In this document: positions 25,901 to 41,000 of the stretch, in pieces | Numbering within the stretch: the first letter of the stretch is position 1 | Layout: each line of letters starts with the position of its first letter | From: Raillietiella orientalis | Lineage: Eukaryota | NCBI GenBank assembly: GCA_036172245.1 | Contig: JAYWIR010000014.1 | Span: 3,472,001 to 3,536,000, forward strand | Length of the DNA stretch: 64,000 nt | Reading direction: 5' to 3' | Notes under the pieces: model-generated | Database searches by the model: none | What the model was told of the DNA's origin: nothing | What the model saw: only the letters and a program-made list of their open reading frames with translations | Made by a program: the position numbers and the translations under genes

Positions 25901-28900
25901 GGACATCGACAAGTCGCCATGGAAACGTAACAGATGTTTTACAACGTTCGGAATCCGAAAGCTGGTTTTGATTTTGTTTACAAGCGGCTCTGCAGGGAAA
26001 GGCTGCCAAATCGTAAAGCCGCTCGTAAACGTTCGGTTTTGTTTTGCTTTTCGTGCCACATACGTGGAAAGAATGTGAGATTTGGCTGTGACGTTTTTTT
26101 GGCAGCAATTTTGCATATCCTGCTATTGCAGATTATTAGTCTGGAACAGCAGGATTAAAAAGGAATGAATGAATGAAGAAGTCCTGTTTCAAGAATGTGA
26201 TGTGGTTCATAATTTATGCGCAAGCTTTCGCTGTCCACGTGATCGAATAGCAGCTGCATGCTCGCAGAATTCCTTCTCTGCCGGATCCGCTTCAAGTCAG
26301 CTCATTCAGTTCATCAGGAGAGGAAAACCTTTCGCGATCTCGGCATCTCCTCAAGTGTGGTCCATTGCTTGTTTCGAGCGAACCGTGAAATACTTGCAAA
26401 ACGGTTTGTCCCAACTCGCTCCTTCATTTATCCCGTGTTGGCGTCCATGCGCAGCTGGGAGACGTTTGATTTGGATCAGTAGCGCTCGCCCTCGTGCTTG
26501 GTGCTTCCAACGTTTCAGACAACAAAGTCCGTTGGAGTGTCGTGAATTCTTAGAGGGACCGCTAAACTGCATTCATTGTATTATCCGCAAATAGAATGTA
26601 TCACAATGTAGGAGTAATGTGCCTGCACGTACCATTGGACTTTCACATTGGGTGCGTGGTGGCACAGTGTGCTTGTACACACCATGTAATTTTTCAGATG
26701 TTTTGGAATCAAAAGCTTAGCAGTCATTTCTTTTCCCAATAGTTTTTTTGTGGAAGGCCATGCGATGTTATTCAGCTGAGAACGACTTATACATTTGTGC
26801 GTATACGATCAGAATGCTTGGAAGTAATGTGAATCAAAGCAGGTCAGCAACGAAATTTTCTCGAATAGTCTTCGAAAAGAGGAAGAAGGCTTTTTCGAGT
26901 TTCTGAACATTTCAGTAAGCTTCCCAACGTCTTTTGTTTCGTTTTTTTTTTTTTTGCTTTTCTTTGTATCCGCATCGTATCGTCCGAAAGGCGACGTTGC
27001 ATACCTCGGACGTTATGCAGCCAGTTTTGGAATGCGAAAGCACGAGAATGAAATAAAGGAACCATATTGCTTTTAGGGACAAAGCTACCTTGCAGGAATT
27101 TCCATCGTTTTCAAAGAAAAGGTGTACCTATCTTTTTTCGCGCACAATTTATAATCAAGGCCTCAAGCGAGTGTAACTATAGCAAGACTTCTGCTGATGT
27201 TCCCGCATCTCAGCAAGAGTTGACGTGGTTACAAAGCAGTTTTCACTGCTGATCTCGAGATTTTTCACGTAAATAGTACATTGCCGGTTTTGTGAACATC
27301 TGCTGCCGTTGGTATAAGCCATAAAGGCCTGCTGCTAATGTGATGAGCTGACCTGGAAAGTGTGCATGGGTTTCGTTTACTTCGCTTTTAGGGGAGTCTG
27401 TCTGTCTCAAATCGAGACTTTGGGAATGCACTCGATGCCATGAACTTTCATTTAAAGTACTTGGAGCACCTGAGTATGGTACAAGAATACGTTCGCGAAG
27501 CATTTGTCCTTCTTTTTAAGGTTCATGCATTGAACTTTGAGAAACGAAGCTGCTACTTCGAACTGGAAGATTGGTTGAACAGTCAATAAATCATTTGAAA
27601 AAAAAAAATAGAATGAAGTGTGTCTTTGGGTTTGTTATGTTGTTCTCTATTTTCATTTTCGTGTCGGTCAACACATTTAGGGTTCAAGTAAGGAATTTCA
27701 CCTGTTTTTTTTTTTCTAGGTCATCAAGGTAATCTTCATGAAATGCATACTATAACAAAATCATTACTTAGAATGTAGGTAATTTTCTGGGATGAGAGTG
27801 AATGGTTTGAGTTTTTGCCGGCTTGGCAAAGCTTTTTTTTTTTTTTTTTTTTAAGCGTGCCATAAAATTGTTTCTCCTTAGATACGGCTGTTTGCCTTTT
27901 TTTGTTCATGATGCAAGTAATTCAAAATTGAATTGCCTGAATGTGTGTCTTAGGCTTAATTTTTATTATATATGTGTATCCCTGTTAAACATGTTAAACA
28001 TTTATGCGTGATGAATTTTTTTTTTTTAATTTTCTTCGAAAAACTTCCTAAAGAATTTCTGTCAACCCTTGACCCAACAAGATATTTCAAGGAAAGTGTT
28101 TTGCGATATCAAAAAACAAAAAACTCAACTTTTTTATGCCTCGTAATTCGTACTTCAGTTTTGGGACCTAATAGGGCTCATCAAAGTGTTAGCTCAGTTT
28201 GGGGTGTTGACCGTCTACACTGGAATTTTGGGGGCGGAAACTAGGCGTTCCACGTTCTTCGGTGGAACTTTCCCCACCTGTATTTCTAGTTTTTAACTAA
28301 CATCCACATTTTATAGACTTTTTTTGTTTTGTTTAATATAAGCAATCATTAGGCCCGGTTTTTTTTTTTTCATTTTTTCGTTTTGCCTTCCTCAAAAAAA
28401 AAGAGGCCGTCACATTCGATTTATGTATTTGGTGATTTGGGGTGTACCGGAGCAAAGTGCATCTAGGGTCATCCTCATTTGACTTGTAAGTGTACATACT
28501 CATAAAAGTACTCGTAAGACGACTTATTTACTTAGCATCTGTTGTAACGATTTCTGAAGCTGATGTTCAAGTTGTCTTTTTTTGGGGGGTGGGTGGGGGG
28601 GTGGGGAGTTGAAGGTATCTAAATGTTACTTTCTCCTTTAGTATTCAAAACCCACTGAAAGAAGATTTGCCCTTTTTCCAATATCATAGGTGCCGCATCT
28701 CTTTGATATTACTGTGTTGTTGAAACTCTTGGAGCAAGTTTCCAGTGAAAAAGTTCTCCACCAAATCCTTGAAAGTCCTCTCAGTCCTATGAAGTCAAAT
28801 TACATGGGTCACCACAGTTTAAGATTTTGTGTGAAAATATACATTGGAAATTGTCTTTTGTAATTGCAATTAAGTTCTACACGTCCGTGGATTCCTATAT

Positions 28901-29050
28901 ATCTCTGTTACAGTGATCCTTTGCTTTCTCTGTGTTCTGTGGAAGTAGCTGAAAGTACCCTTGATTTGATAATTGTAATTAGGGGAACCTCGAATCAGTT
29001 TTACATGGTGGGGCTAACATAATTCTTTATTTTTGAAAAGTCGACGGAAT

Positions 29051-32000
29051 TCATTGGTATTGGTTAGAGCAGTTATTCTTTTCGGTCCAGTTGCACATGT
29101 TCCCAATTGGATCAAACACGAGGTTGGCTGGGCATGTGAATGTCCATCCTTGAAATGATTTTCCGTTTACATTGGCACAGAAAATGAAATGTTTGCATGA
29201 TGAAGGGTGAGGAAACAAGCCTTGAGAGCTACATCGGAAATCACTTTCCGTATTTCTAACAGTGTTTTCAGCCAAGATTCGAATATCATTGTATGGAATC
29301 TTCCTGTGATCAGGAGAGAACACATGCGACGGGCGAGGCACTCTCGTAAATTGCTGAACGTTCACCGAGATGAATGATTCATCTCGAGAGTCCTCCGGGG
29401 AAAGGACCTTTACACCGTTTCTGTTCTTCGCAGTAACTGATGGAAGCGAGGAATCTGCAGTTATTTCGTCCTGTGTGGCAGGGATGGTTGTTGTTTCTCT
29501 ATAGGTACTCTTAGGATGTGGAATTTTAGTTCTCAGTCTTCTGTGTTTTTGAATTCTGGTCCTGTACTTTCTAGTTCCATTGCGAATTCTCCTCAAACGG
29601 TAGGCGACTGATGTAGGTCGATGTACTTCTTCTGCTTGTTCAGTCGCAGAGACTACAGGAGGACTTTCCTTTCCAAAAAAAGAAAAAAAAAACATGGGTC
29701 AACTTCACGAATATTTTTAAAGAACCGTCGTTCAAATGGAATGAACTTTTAAACATTTTTAAAGGAAAACCACAAAGTGACCGAATAATTAAAGCATGAC
29801 AAGCGCTTAGTGCTTTCAAGTTTCCGTGTGATTCATCGCCACCATCAAATTGACTCAACTTTCGCACATTATGCATGGTGTAATCAAATGCCAAACACAC
29901 TTTACAACTTTGATGGTAGGTCCAGCCTTCCTCTTCTTTTCCTTTTCTTTTGAAGTATCTACGCTACCGTAGTTTCTTTGTAAATCGCACATGCAATCTC
30001 TCGTGAGAGTTTGAGCAGATTCTTTAGCATCATCTGGTTCTTATAAGTGCAGTCTGCAGTTGCTGTGATACAAGCAGAAGTCTGGGTCTTTGTCTTTCGT
30101 TTTCATTCACTGGACGTTCAATCTTAGAAAAAGAAAATCAAAGTGACTTTTTTTTTCTTATTGCAAATAAACTGGGTAGATATCTAAAACCAGCGATTTT
30201 CTCAATGTGTTTCCCAGGCACAGTGAAACTCATAATTTCTGGATGTTTTGCCTATCCCCTATTTTTCTAGAGAAATCTGTTCAAAAAGGTCATTGAAAAA
30301 AAAAAAACAGGAAAACCACAGAAACACGTGGTTTTTGGTCCAGCATCATTTTTTTTTTTTTTTTTTTGACAGCAAACTAGCCGTCCCAGAGCAACAGCAA
30401 CTCTGAATCCAAATTTGTTCGTAATTTTTTTTAGCCCGATAGTAAGGAATCAGCAGGACGATTTCGGACTTCGATTTGAAGTTTTGTGCACCCTTCCATT
30501 CTCAGCTTGGAATTGTCTCTCGTACCATTTCTGTGGCATATCAAAAGTATCACTTATACGTTTAGCAGCTCCAGAACTTTCATGAGTACACTTTCTTCGT
30601 CAGCAAATATGATGCTTTCGCCAGTTTCTCTCTCTCTTTTTTTTTTATCGACAGCATCAAAAAGTAACCATTACTGTCTGTTTAGGAAAAAAAAAAAAAT
30701 GCGAATAAATAGTTTACTCGAGGAGCGTCTCAAATCCTAAGAAGAAGCTTCCGTGTACATTAGCTTCGTCCTTTTTACATAGTTGTGGAATGAAAATTCA
30801 TTAGCGTTGCAACCGACAAGAGAGAACTGTGAAACACTCGAAAATAAATTCCATGTCCACGCGGAATGACGTAATCACGAAAAATATGAAAACATTGCCT
30901 CCGGGAACGTCAAACTGGGATTCGTGTGGTACGGATAGATCAGTGCATGCAATTATTAGATGAAAACAGGCCATTTTCGAAAATGAAGGTGGGAAATATT
31001 CATCCCGGAATAGTGCAGTGGACGGGACTTTCCAAAGAAGCATTTAGAGTTTACATTGCCAGGAAACTTGCCGGACAGAACCTCTTGCATTACCTTTGCG
31101 TTCTCGGGGGTCACTTCGGAGTCTCCTGGAGACCCTGTCGGAATGCTCAATGTGGTGTCTGGGGTCTCATCGTTTTGGACGCCGGGCCTCCTCCTCCTGA
31201 TGTTGACATATCTGCAAGGAAGGTTCAAACTGAAAACTTTGTGGCACCAAATTGTCCGTTATTAGTTCCCGTTTACGTAAGGAGCAACTCGAAGAAGGCA
31301 TCTCGCGTTCAGCATTAGGAAAATTTGTGGGAAAAAAGCAGCGTTTCGATGGTGCCGAGCATTGGAATCCGTAAGATGCTCGTCTCTCGTGCTGACATTG
31401 GAAGCATCGTTAAAGTCATCAAAGTGATAGAATTGGTGATGATGTTTATTTGCAAATGCAGGTTTCCCCGGTAACAAGAGCGAGGCTTTACAAAAGTCGC
31501 GATTCGTCTCATTTCGCTTTCCTTGGTATTCTCATCTGTGGAAAAGCACAAAGCGACATGTGTGAAGATTCGATCGGCGAATGCAAGCGGAAAACCACGC
31601 CCTACGAGAACTTGGGATCGGAGGTGAGCGAATGGCTCTTTGTTCAGAGAAATCTGTGGTTAGAATTTTCATTCGGGTTAAGTAATCATCGCTAAGTGAT
31701 CATTGTGGAGTAATCATTGCTCATGAAAACAACTCACTGAACTATCCTCGAGGAAATTTTCTCCGTGGTAGGAGTGCCCTCGCTCGTTGTTTCTCCCGCT
31801 GGACTGGATTCCGAAGAAGCTGTAGTTTTTTTGAGAACTCTTTTCCTCTCGATGCTGACGTATTTTCGAAAGTTGCTGCCCGGATAAGTGGAGAGAACGT
31901 ACGTGGCGAACCTGCCCAACATACGAGCTCGAATAGTGGATGCAGAAAACACAAATGGTATTTTTCTTGAGGCTCAGTCTGAACGCGTGCAGAAAGGGAA

Positions 32001-35000
32001 TGGCTGCAAGACTTTGTAAACCAGTTCTTTCGCTGGAAAGTGGGTTCATCGAAAACAGTGGGGAAGCGTCCTGTTTATGAGAGGCAAAAGAGTGCAACAG
32101 GCTTCTGCTGAGAAAGTAGGGAGAATGTGCTTTCGAGGCGTCGTGGGATCGAGGAAAGCAAACAGCTGGCTGTCCATTAGCAAAACGCGTCGGCCCAACT
32201 ATCATACAGTAGGAGTCGAGAAGACAGGACGCCCGTTCCTTGGAATTCCGCGGCGTATGTCCAGAACCAGCCGACTACGCGTGAGGAAGGGATGACAGAG
32301 CGACCGAGGAGCGGAAGTCATTCCCTTTCCGTTCACACCGTCGCCCTTTCGAGAGTGTACCTTTATTCAGGAGATTCTAACCGTACGCACCAACCTAAGA
32401 TCCTTAAACAGACGCGCGAAACGCTTTTGAAACTAAAGAGAGCTTTAAAACTTTGGAAACACTAAAGAGCTATCTTCACTTCCGTGAAAACAGCCTTCGT
32501 CCGTATTGCATACTTAGGAAGACCGGCTAGGGTAAGGATAAACAGATGGTTTCTAACGATGCAGTGGAGTGAGGAATGCGATGGGGTCTCATTTGCAAAC
32601 TTTCAGATCCGCCAGCGTTTCTTTCCATTCTGACAGTCCCTCGTTATGGCCCTCAGGAAAGGGAGTCAGGTTATTTCAAAGAGGAATCCGCACATAGGAA
32701 CAAACGTGGAGCACTTACGGAAGCTGAGTCACGGGGGGCGAACGAGTTACTGCGGCGTTTCTCTCTTCTTGAGTGTGCTTTTTCTGCTTTTCCAGGAGGC
32801 GCTGGAGGACCTCCAATCCCGCTAAATACAAACAGAATTCCATTTTTCAAGCTGAAATACTTTTAGGTTTCTTGAAAATCAGGCAAAGAGAAATGAGCAG
32901 CCGTCTGTTGTGCAAGCGATTGGCAGAGGATGAAGGAACACCCACTCCCATTCGTGGGGACGCGCGCCCTTTCGTTCTGTGATAGTGCGTCGAGGTAACA
33001 AGGTAACCTCCAGGAATATTCCACTTGCATCGCATTGCAACAGTGAAACTAAAGGTATCAGCACCGTTGTTTCTAAGGAACAGCTTCGTTGCCCTCGGGA
33101 CTTCGCAGATGTATGATGCGAAGAAACGTCGTCGATGAGCAATCGAGGATCGGCTGCGCGTCGGATGCCTCTCCGAGTCTGTTGAACTCCTAAATTCCAA
33201 CGGTCCACTTTAGATCTTCTTTTGCTTCGCTTTTCTCGAAAAAGGGAAAACGCACTGAAGTTGGTCCTTGGCATTGTCTCTCCATTTTCTTGCGCTCCCT
33301 TTCTTCAGGGAAGGTTCCTTTCGTATTCTTATGGTTTCCAGGTCAATAGATGGAAAGTCGAGTTTCTGCAACAGCCTGAATCTGGCTTTCCTCTCCGGAG
33401 CTGGTAGTCTAAGATTCTGCGTTCCTAGCTCGGATTCCATCCTTGAGATTCGGGACATCTTCCAAAGTAGCACGGGCACGAATGGGATGACACTTGTTTT
33501 GAGGATTCGATGACTCGGACTAGTCGACACTTCAACTCGTTCGACCTGTTCCAGGACTGGTCAACAGGATGAAGTTTGGCCCGGTGCACTTTCTCATCTT
33601 AGTGCAAGCTGCCAATCTTAATCCTGGATCTGCACAGTAACATTTGGATCTCAAAGGGAGCCCCCTGAAATTCCACCGTTGCCGGAGAAAGGCCTGATGC
33701 CCGAACCTGTTTCAAGTGGCTCTGCGTGCAAATTTATCTGCAAGTCCCCACATCTGCGGAACAGGCGCTATCTCCGGTGAAGGGAAACAAATGGAGTGGG
33801 GCGGATGATCAGCCGGGGAACGGTGGAAACGCCGCTATGTGGGGCATAGAAATCCGAGTTTTCAGTGCGAAATCAGCGCCCGCGTTCAGGATCACATTGA
33901 GGAATGGATATTCCTGCAAATCTGACGGTTGATAGTTGGCCTTCTACAGCTCACTGTGCCTACTGCGCTGCTGGCAGTAAGGAAACGCAACCCGACTCTC
34001 GATACTCTCGTGCCTCGCCACCAGATCTCCTCTATTTTGTTCTGTCCTACTTCACGTGGAATATTTCTCACATGTTCACCAGTTGTTGTGGACCATTATT
34101 CAAAGTTCGCAATGATTCATTCAGAGTCATTTGGAATGATGTTTATACAAATTTCATCAGTATAATCCTACAGGAAGCGATGGACGTAGCATTGCACAAA
34201 TAAACGCCTGCAGTTCAGACGCATTTCATTCTTCAACGCGATATTTCGCCTCAGGTCCAGTTTCTTCACCACCAGCACCAAGAAGCGACTCAAAAGAGAG
34301 AAACCAAAAAGAGACAGGAGTCAGTCTGAATGAATTTCGGGAGAGAACTAAACAATCCAAGAAGGAAGTAAACATCCAGGCAAACAGTGAAAAGCCAACT
34401 GGTGAACAGGGGAAAAAAAGGACTGCCGGAAGATTTCCTGAAGTTGTGTTCGAAGACCAAAGTTGTTTCTTACGAGGCAAAGAGAGCCATTAGCATGCTT
34501 GACTTTCGCGCATCGTTCCATTGGCAGCCAGACTTGCTTCTGCTGAAAATTCTCTCTCTCTTCGTTACTGCTAAAACATCATCGACTCTTCGATCCATCC
34601 GCCGATGTATTCTTTGTCTGAGTGAAACAAAATCTCCATGCATGGCTATTCCAATAGAGTTACGGGCAACATTTATTTCACGACAGTTTCTTGAATGACT
34701 TGCAGGGATTCTCAAGAAAACCATTCTCCGGAGATAAGAGTTCCGAAGCACTGCCTCTGAGGAGCGCCCGGCATGGGGTGCCTGGAACGTACTGTTCAGT
34801 CTGTTGTCGGTTTGTCTTGCAATAGTTTTGTCGTTGGTCCGGAATCACCCAACGTGTCTCCTCCGACAGCTCAAACTGCGCACGCGCGGCGGAATGAAAC
34901 GACCGTAGTATCCAAGTCGTGTCATCATCTCAGTCATCATGCGACGCTTCATATACCATCTGAATCCCCTACCTAGTCGCTCGCAATGGTTTACTTTCAC

Positions 35001-38000
35001 AATACAAAGCAAAATGGGTCTCGAGCAAACGTTTTCCAAAGTGCACGACAATCGCTCAAGAGTGGAATCCTTTGAAATCAAGTGCAAGCACTATCCAGGA
35101 TTCAAGAACGACGTCCCGAAGTTTCGAACGTGCTCAACATCCCCTGAATGATGTCCTTTCGATCTCCCTTTAACCAACACTGCCAGCTCCCAGTTTCTCG
35201 AATGCAGGAACAGACAAAATCTTGAGATGCATTGCTTCGTGAAACATCTCGCTCGGAATCTGAGCCTCGACTTGCGTATCTGGAGGTGCCCCAGTCAGGT
35301 GGGGATTCAACTACCAGTCAGTCGACAGCCTCCTCGAACTGGATCGCCAGACTTAATCACGCAACCACGGAAGTTCTGTTTATGGTGACAACTCCGTGTG
35401 ATTTTGAATCACAGCAGGTCTAGCAGGCAGGCAAAGTCCCTCTTTCATATTTACCGAATTTGTCGAATAAAGACGATATCTCGTGTTGAGTGAGTTCTGG
35501 AAAACTCTGATTCTCTCTGCGTGAAGAAGAAGTGGGAGACTTTGGGTCGAGACGACTGTCTCTTGACAAGATGAGTTGCTCAAGAGCAGACCGGAAAGCA
35601 AAAATGCTTCTTGGAGTACTTGTAGGAAGACTCGCGGCTGGTGGTGTGCTGGCGGGTGCTCGCTTGCAGATGACATTCTCAGGGAAATCACAGATTTTGG
35701 CAGCTCCATTGAAAAATAATCCTAATGGGAAAGCTAATTAGCAAACATTAACTAGCGTTGCTTTATAAGAAATGAAAAGAAGATATCTCTTTTTTCATTG
35801 CTTCCCGAAATATATCTTTCTTTCATCGCTTTTCATTTCTCGTTCAGCAGCGTTTCTTATTCTCTCCCCGTAATATACGTTTCGGAGAGGCGTTCTTGCC
35901 ATAGAGGATAAAAGTACAGGAATCTTTATTCACCGCAGAATTCCAGAAACCTTATTCGGTAATGCGATTTCCATTTCCGGTGGCTACACAAGTCAACTAA
36001 TTGGTCTCATTGTGAGGTCTCATTGCACATATGAGGACTCAAATGAGAATCCGAGAGTTGCAAAATAAAGCAAGCACTTTGACGGACTTTCTATTTACCT
36101 ACTGATGACAGAACAATAAGCTGATACCGACTTCCTTGCATCCCGCGTCGTCACATAATTTCTTCTCTGGCTGTAGTAATCTTCCATGATCCCCACTGGT
36201 TGCTATTAAATCATTATCCATTTCTTCATCCTGTGTGTCATGACCTATTGAAGTCTGGTCGCTTCACTGGTGACTCCTATGGCTCCATAACAACAAGAAA
36301 GGCTTTTGATCTGCTGTTGTTCATCCGTAGGCACAGATCTTAACACTAAGCTTCGTCAGGAACATGGATTCACGAGATAAGATGGAACTACAAACGACGT
36401 TATGTCTTCTTGCTTTCTTTGTTTCCCATCTAACGAAGTGCATTCAGCAAACTATATTTAAAAGTATTCTATCTGAAAATTCGAAATCCCTTGTTTCAAT
36501 CTGATTTAATGATGGGAGCCAATTTCTTTCATTCATCTTCCGGGATACGAAGCGCACCATGCGTGTCCTAGCAAAATTCACAAAGAGGAAAATCAATTGC
36601 AGATAGCATTCTGCGCCTTCTGAAAAGTCGCTGTCTGCTTTCTAGATATAGGAAGGTATTCAACACACAGAATGGACCAATATTTGCTTATTTCTTGGAA
36701 TGCTGCGCCATTGCTTTTGCTTTCAGAGTTCAGCTTGGTGACTCCAGGAGTTCGTTTGTAGCATTCTCACGTTTTGCAGATAGCTGCAAATCCTCTTCTA
36801 TGATTTTAAGCCCTTGCAAGCTTCTTTGATGGCTGGTTCGAAAACGGTTTGCAATGAAATGAGCGTTTCAGAGCTCAGAAAATAATGCCATGCTATGCTT
36901 TCGGGAACTGAAGCATTCATTCTGTGCTTTCTTAGTGGACCTAGTTTACGGCCTACTGAGTGCTAGTCATTCTGAAAAATTAATCGTCATCTCTAAGAAG
37001 CAATGGCTAATGCTGATTTCTGGATGACTTTTTCCTTTTAATCTAATTCGTCGTCAGTTACACTAACAGCCGAAGTTGTATGTTGCTTTTGGAATTTCTT
37101 CAGAGATTTTTGTTCTATCTTGCTATTAGCTAAGCTCCTTTCGTATTGGCTGGAGATTGACCACCGCCCCTTTAAAATTTCTTGCTTATCTCCGTCCTAT
37201 TTGCTTCTTGGCAATTTTACTCAACTTACCTTTTATCCTCGGGACAAATCCAGCGGGCAAGGAAAGGAATGACTGCTTATCAAACACTTTCCATTTTTCC
37301 GATTCAGTGTATCTTGTCTAGTCCGACCATTTCCAGTTTCTCTCAAAGCTGATTGCTTTAAAATCAAAATATTCAGATGCAGAGGCTGTAAATTATTCAA
37401 AATAGGAATCCTGGAATGCAACGTGGTAAAGTTGAACCTGATAGATTCATAGGTTTTACTCTGCTCCCTACTATTCCTTTCCATGTTTTCTTTCATGACC
37501 CTTCCAAATTATTCCAAGCACTTTCCCATCTTACTGATGAAGTTCCTGGCCTTCCTAGACAACCGAAAACACAAGTTTTTAGGGAGCCTGATGCTAATTT
37601 GAGAGTCACGTTTCCAACGTGGTGGCATACTTTGTCCTTTGCCTGAACGAAACAGACGAGGATGTCTCTTCTCTTGAAAGTATCAAGACTTTTAAAGCAT
37701 CAGCAAAATGCAGAGAGCCGCGTAAAGGCAGAATCGCGCTGTCATGGTTTTACGTGGTCTGCTCACACGTTTCTACGCATGTTCTTCACTTGAGGAAAAA
37801 CTTTGCATTCTCTTGCAAATCTCCACGTTGCTGCTATTCTTAGAAGCACATTTGCATCATCATTTTTCGATCAGATCGGTCGGTCATACCAAAGAGATTG
37901 AAGCACACACAAAAAACGAGGAAAAAAGGAAGGCATTTCTGGTGACTTTTTCGTTCCCCCTTCCCCCCTTCTTCACCAGCTAATTGCAATGAACGGAACC

Positions 38001-41000
38001 CAAACACTCTCACGTACTGGCATGCATGCACTGTTTACTTCACACGCACCTGAAGGACACTGCAAACTGGTTGGGAGCAGCGCTTGATTTGATTTCACAC
38101 ATCGAAAATACTTGGTGCAGTCATGAGGATCATTAAAGGAGCCTTCACGCTGGCACGTAAAATCTAGGAAAACAAACACAGTCATGCAGGAACGACCTTG
38201 GTGCAAATGAGGTTCCAACTCCAACTCTCGCTTGGTCATATTAAAAGAAGCCGAGTTGGCGCTTAAAAAAGGCTTTCGATCCTCAAGATGAAGGGTCAAG
38301 GCAGAGTAACTGTTCTAATTAGGCATCCTGATGGGTTGATTTTTCCACCAGCAGATATCAAATAAGAGTAATAGACTAAACAAGCTTGGTACATGGCAGG
38401 AGGAGAGCTGCCTCGTTTCCATACGAGAGATCCAACGATTCACCTTGGTTTTGCTTTGGAGTAGTAGGCTGCGGAGGAGTCACGAAATTTCCATTGAAGA
38501 ATTCGTCCAACTCTGCCCTCTTTTCTTGGTAGTACCTCTGATTTTTTTGCCTAGAAAGAAGACCACATCAGCGGTTCTCTTCCTGACACTTGATAATGCT
38601 CAAAGCATAAGATTTCGCTTAGGGGTTGCATCCGTTTCAGAGAGAGGGCTGTTATGCGCTTGATAGGAACCTAGGGATGCACGAGGGACTATGGAAGAGA
38701 AAAGGGACCTACCATCTCGAAACAAGCTCTTCGGAAATAAAGGACATTACTGAAGGAATTGCGCAGACTTGCTCAGAGATGAAAGAATCAACAGTCCCCC
38801 GATGTCATTTTCATTTCTTTCGTAAACCGAAAGAGTTTGCTCATCGGATCCACCAAGTCTCGACTCCTTACCAGGACACATGGGCTAATTTCCTCACATA
38901 AGCACGATTCACCTTTTGCCGACTACTAGGTGGCTACTAGGTGGTCTTTACTGTTTCGTAGGTTTAACTTTTTTTCTGGGAGGGCGAGGGGGACTGCGAA
39001 GCAGTGATAGGTTTCGGAAGCGACTTGAGCAGTTCAGTGAGAGCGGAAAAGAAAAGGAAAAAAAAGCCGGGACAACATGCAATCGCCAAGGAGAAATCAG
39101 AGCGTGCACTGCGTTTGAGTCTGACCAATGATCGGGAAGCAGTTCCAGAGAAACAGCAGTGCACTCCTCCCCTTAGATGGCAAATCGCAGCGAGGGACTA
39201 GGTGGACCAGTCCGCCGAAGCGAGCTTGAGTCCGCACGGGAAGCAAAGAAAGAGAGAGATGATCTTAACACATGGGCACTGGTGTCAGATGTAGAGGGTG
39301 GAATCTGAATCACCGAAACTTCCACACGGCCACACGCTCAAGTCCCTCTCTTCCATCCGTTCGCTGTGAACAAGAAACGATTCTTTTTCTTCCTGTTTGT
39401 TGGTCTCCTGGTCAACGACCTCAGATCGAAAAGGGGTCGAAAAAAGAGGCTTCCGATCTGGCGGAAACGTTTGGGTGATCTTCCCCGCGTTTGCCATGCT
39501 GAAAGCTCGGCGGTCACAGAATAGGAAATGCCTTCGAAACTTTTGCGCACTCGAACACAAACACAGACGTAAATGTATATGTATATATATATGTGTGTGT
39601 GTGTGTGTGTGCGTATCTGCCAGCCTTCCCCCACCCCCTTTCCAAAAAAAAAGAGCTCACACACACAAATGAGACCCCTCTTTGGTTCACATTCGAACAC
39701 CTCTGATGCCATCTTCTGGCAAACAGCGATGAGTCTGAAGACCCGTTTTTAGCGCTTTCGAGGAGCCTCGTTTCCATGGATCCACTGAAAACCGCGACAC
39801 GACGATTCCCAACAGTCAGTCAACCTGATGATGGGAAAAACGCAACGGATGTGGAGGGACTGCGACTGACCGAGTCGCGGAGACTCTTCTCGTTCCCCTC
39901 TGGAGATTCTTCGGCAGGTGTCCCGTCCCTTTGCTGACCCTTCTTCGGTGCTGCCGCGATCCCTTCTTTCATCACCAGCGTTTCATCTGCGGTGCTCCGC
40001 GAGCTGAGAGGCACAGTGCCGTCCACGAGCGTGCCAAGGGAGAGCGGAGAAACGCTTCCCGCTGGCAACGAGTAATTCGCTACGGAGACTTTCGTTCCAG
40101 GCAACCCAGGGGAACTCTGGAACGGCCGTTCCCGGTTTCCGTTATTCGACACACGGAGTGGCCGATGCTGCTTTCGATCGAGAGGTCTGGATGGATCGAG
40201 GAGATCGCGTACCTTTCCCTCGCGCGCGCACCCCAGCTCGACACTTACGGCTGTTGGTCCAGGAGGGCTTCCACGAAGGAGGATGTCAGGAAGGACTCCT
40301 TCCCTGCTTCGATGAGGGGATACTTCTCGCCTCCGCACCATCCTCTGAAATCGTCACTGTCCAGGGACCAAAACATGATTCCCCCAAGTTTCCTGGAGGC
40401 CGCGTACTGACCCTGAAAGCGGATAGGGCGCGCTTATCGTCACGCGAAAGCCACGCTGAGTTCTCTCCAGAGAGGAACAGTTCCTGTCGTGTCTGCGTCT
40501 AGGTTATCAGAGTAAGGAGGAAGGGAGGAGGAGGAAAAGAAATGAAGGAAGGGAAAAGGAGGAGGAGGTGCGAGCCTCAAAGACCGCTTTGTCCTTCGCT
40601 CTCCCCAGCCTCCTTGAATCTCGCCCCCGACTCGTCTCAGAATCTCGGAGCCTTCGTTCCTCTCACCTTTCTCTGGACCACGCCCTTGCTGTCGTAGGTT
40701 ACCCACTGGTCGTCCTTGTAGGAGAACGCCACGTACTTGTAGGTCTCTGGGTCGCTTTCCGTCCAGCCCCCGAAGTGGTTGTTGTAGCAGATCTGTCAGA
40801 AAACGATAGTGAGCGGAAGGGCGCTCGCGGTGAAAAACTCCCCGACCTCGTAGTAGGACAGGAATCCCGCCTCCTTGGTGTAGTCCCCGGGCTTCCCCGG
40901 TCCGTCCGCGGGCGAACCGAAATCCGTCGCTTGGGGGACGGCCAAGGTGTAGCTTCTCCCGTAGGTGGGAATTCCGACTACCAACTTTCCTGGGTCCACT

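Noticed and set aside
25790..26600. Possible Transib/Chapaev-like transposase relic (NVTAKSHIL, RFHGD on minus strand)
   Set aside because: Only two weak motif echoes, with no TIRs recognised; not supportable without a search.
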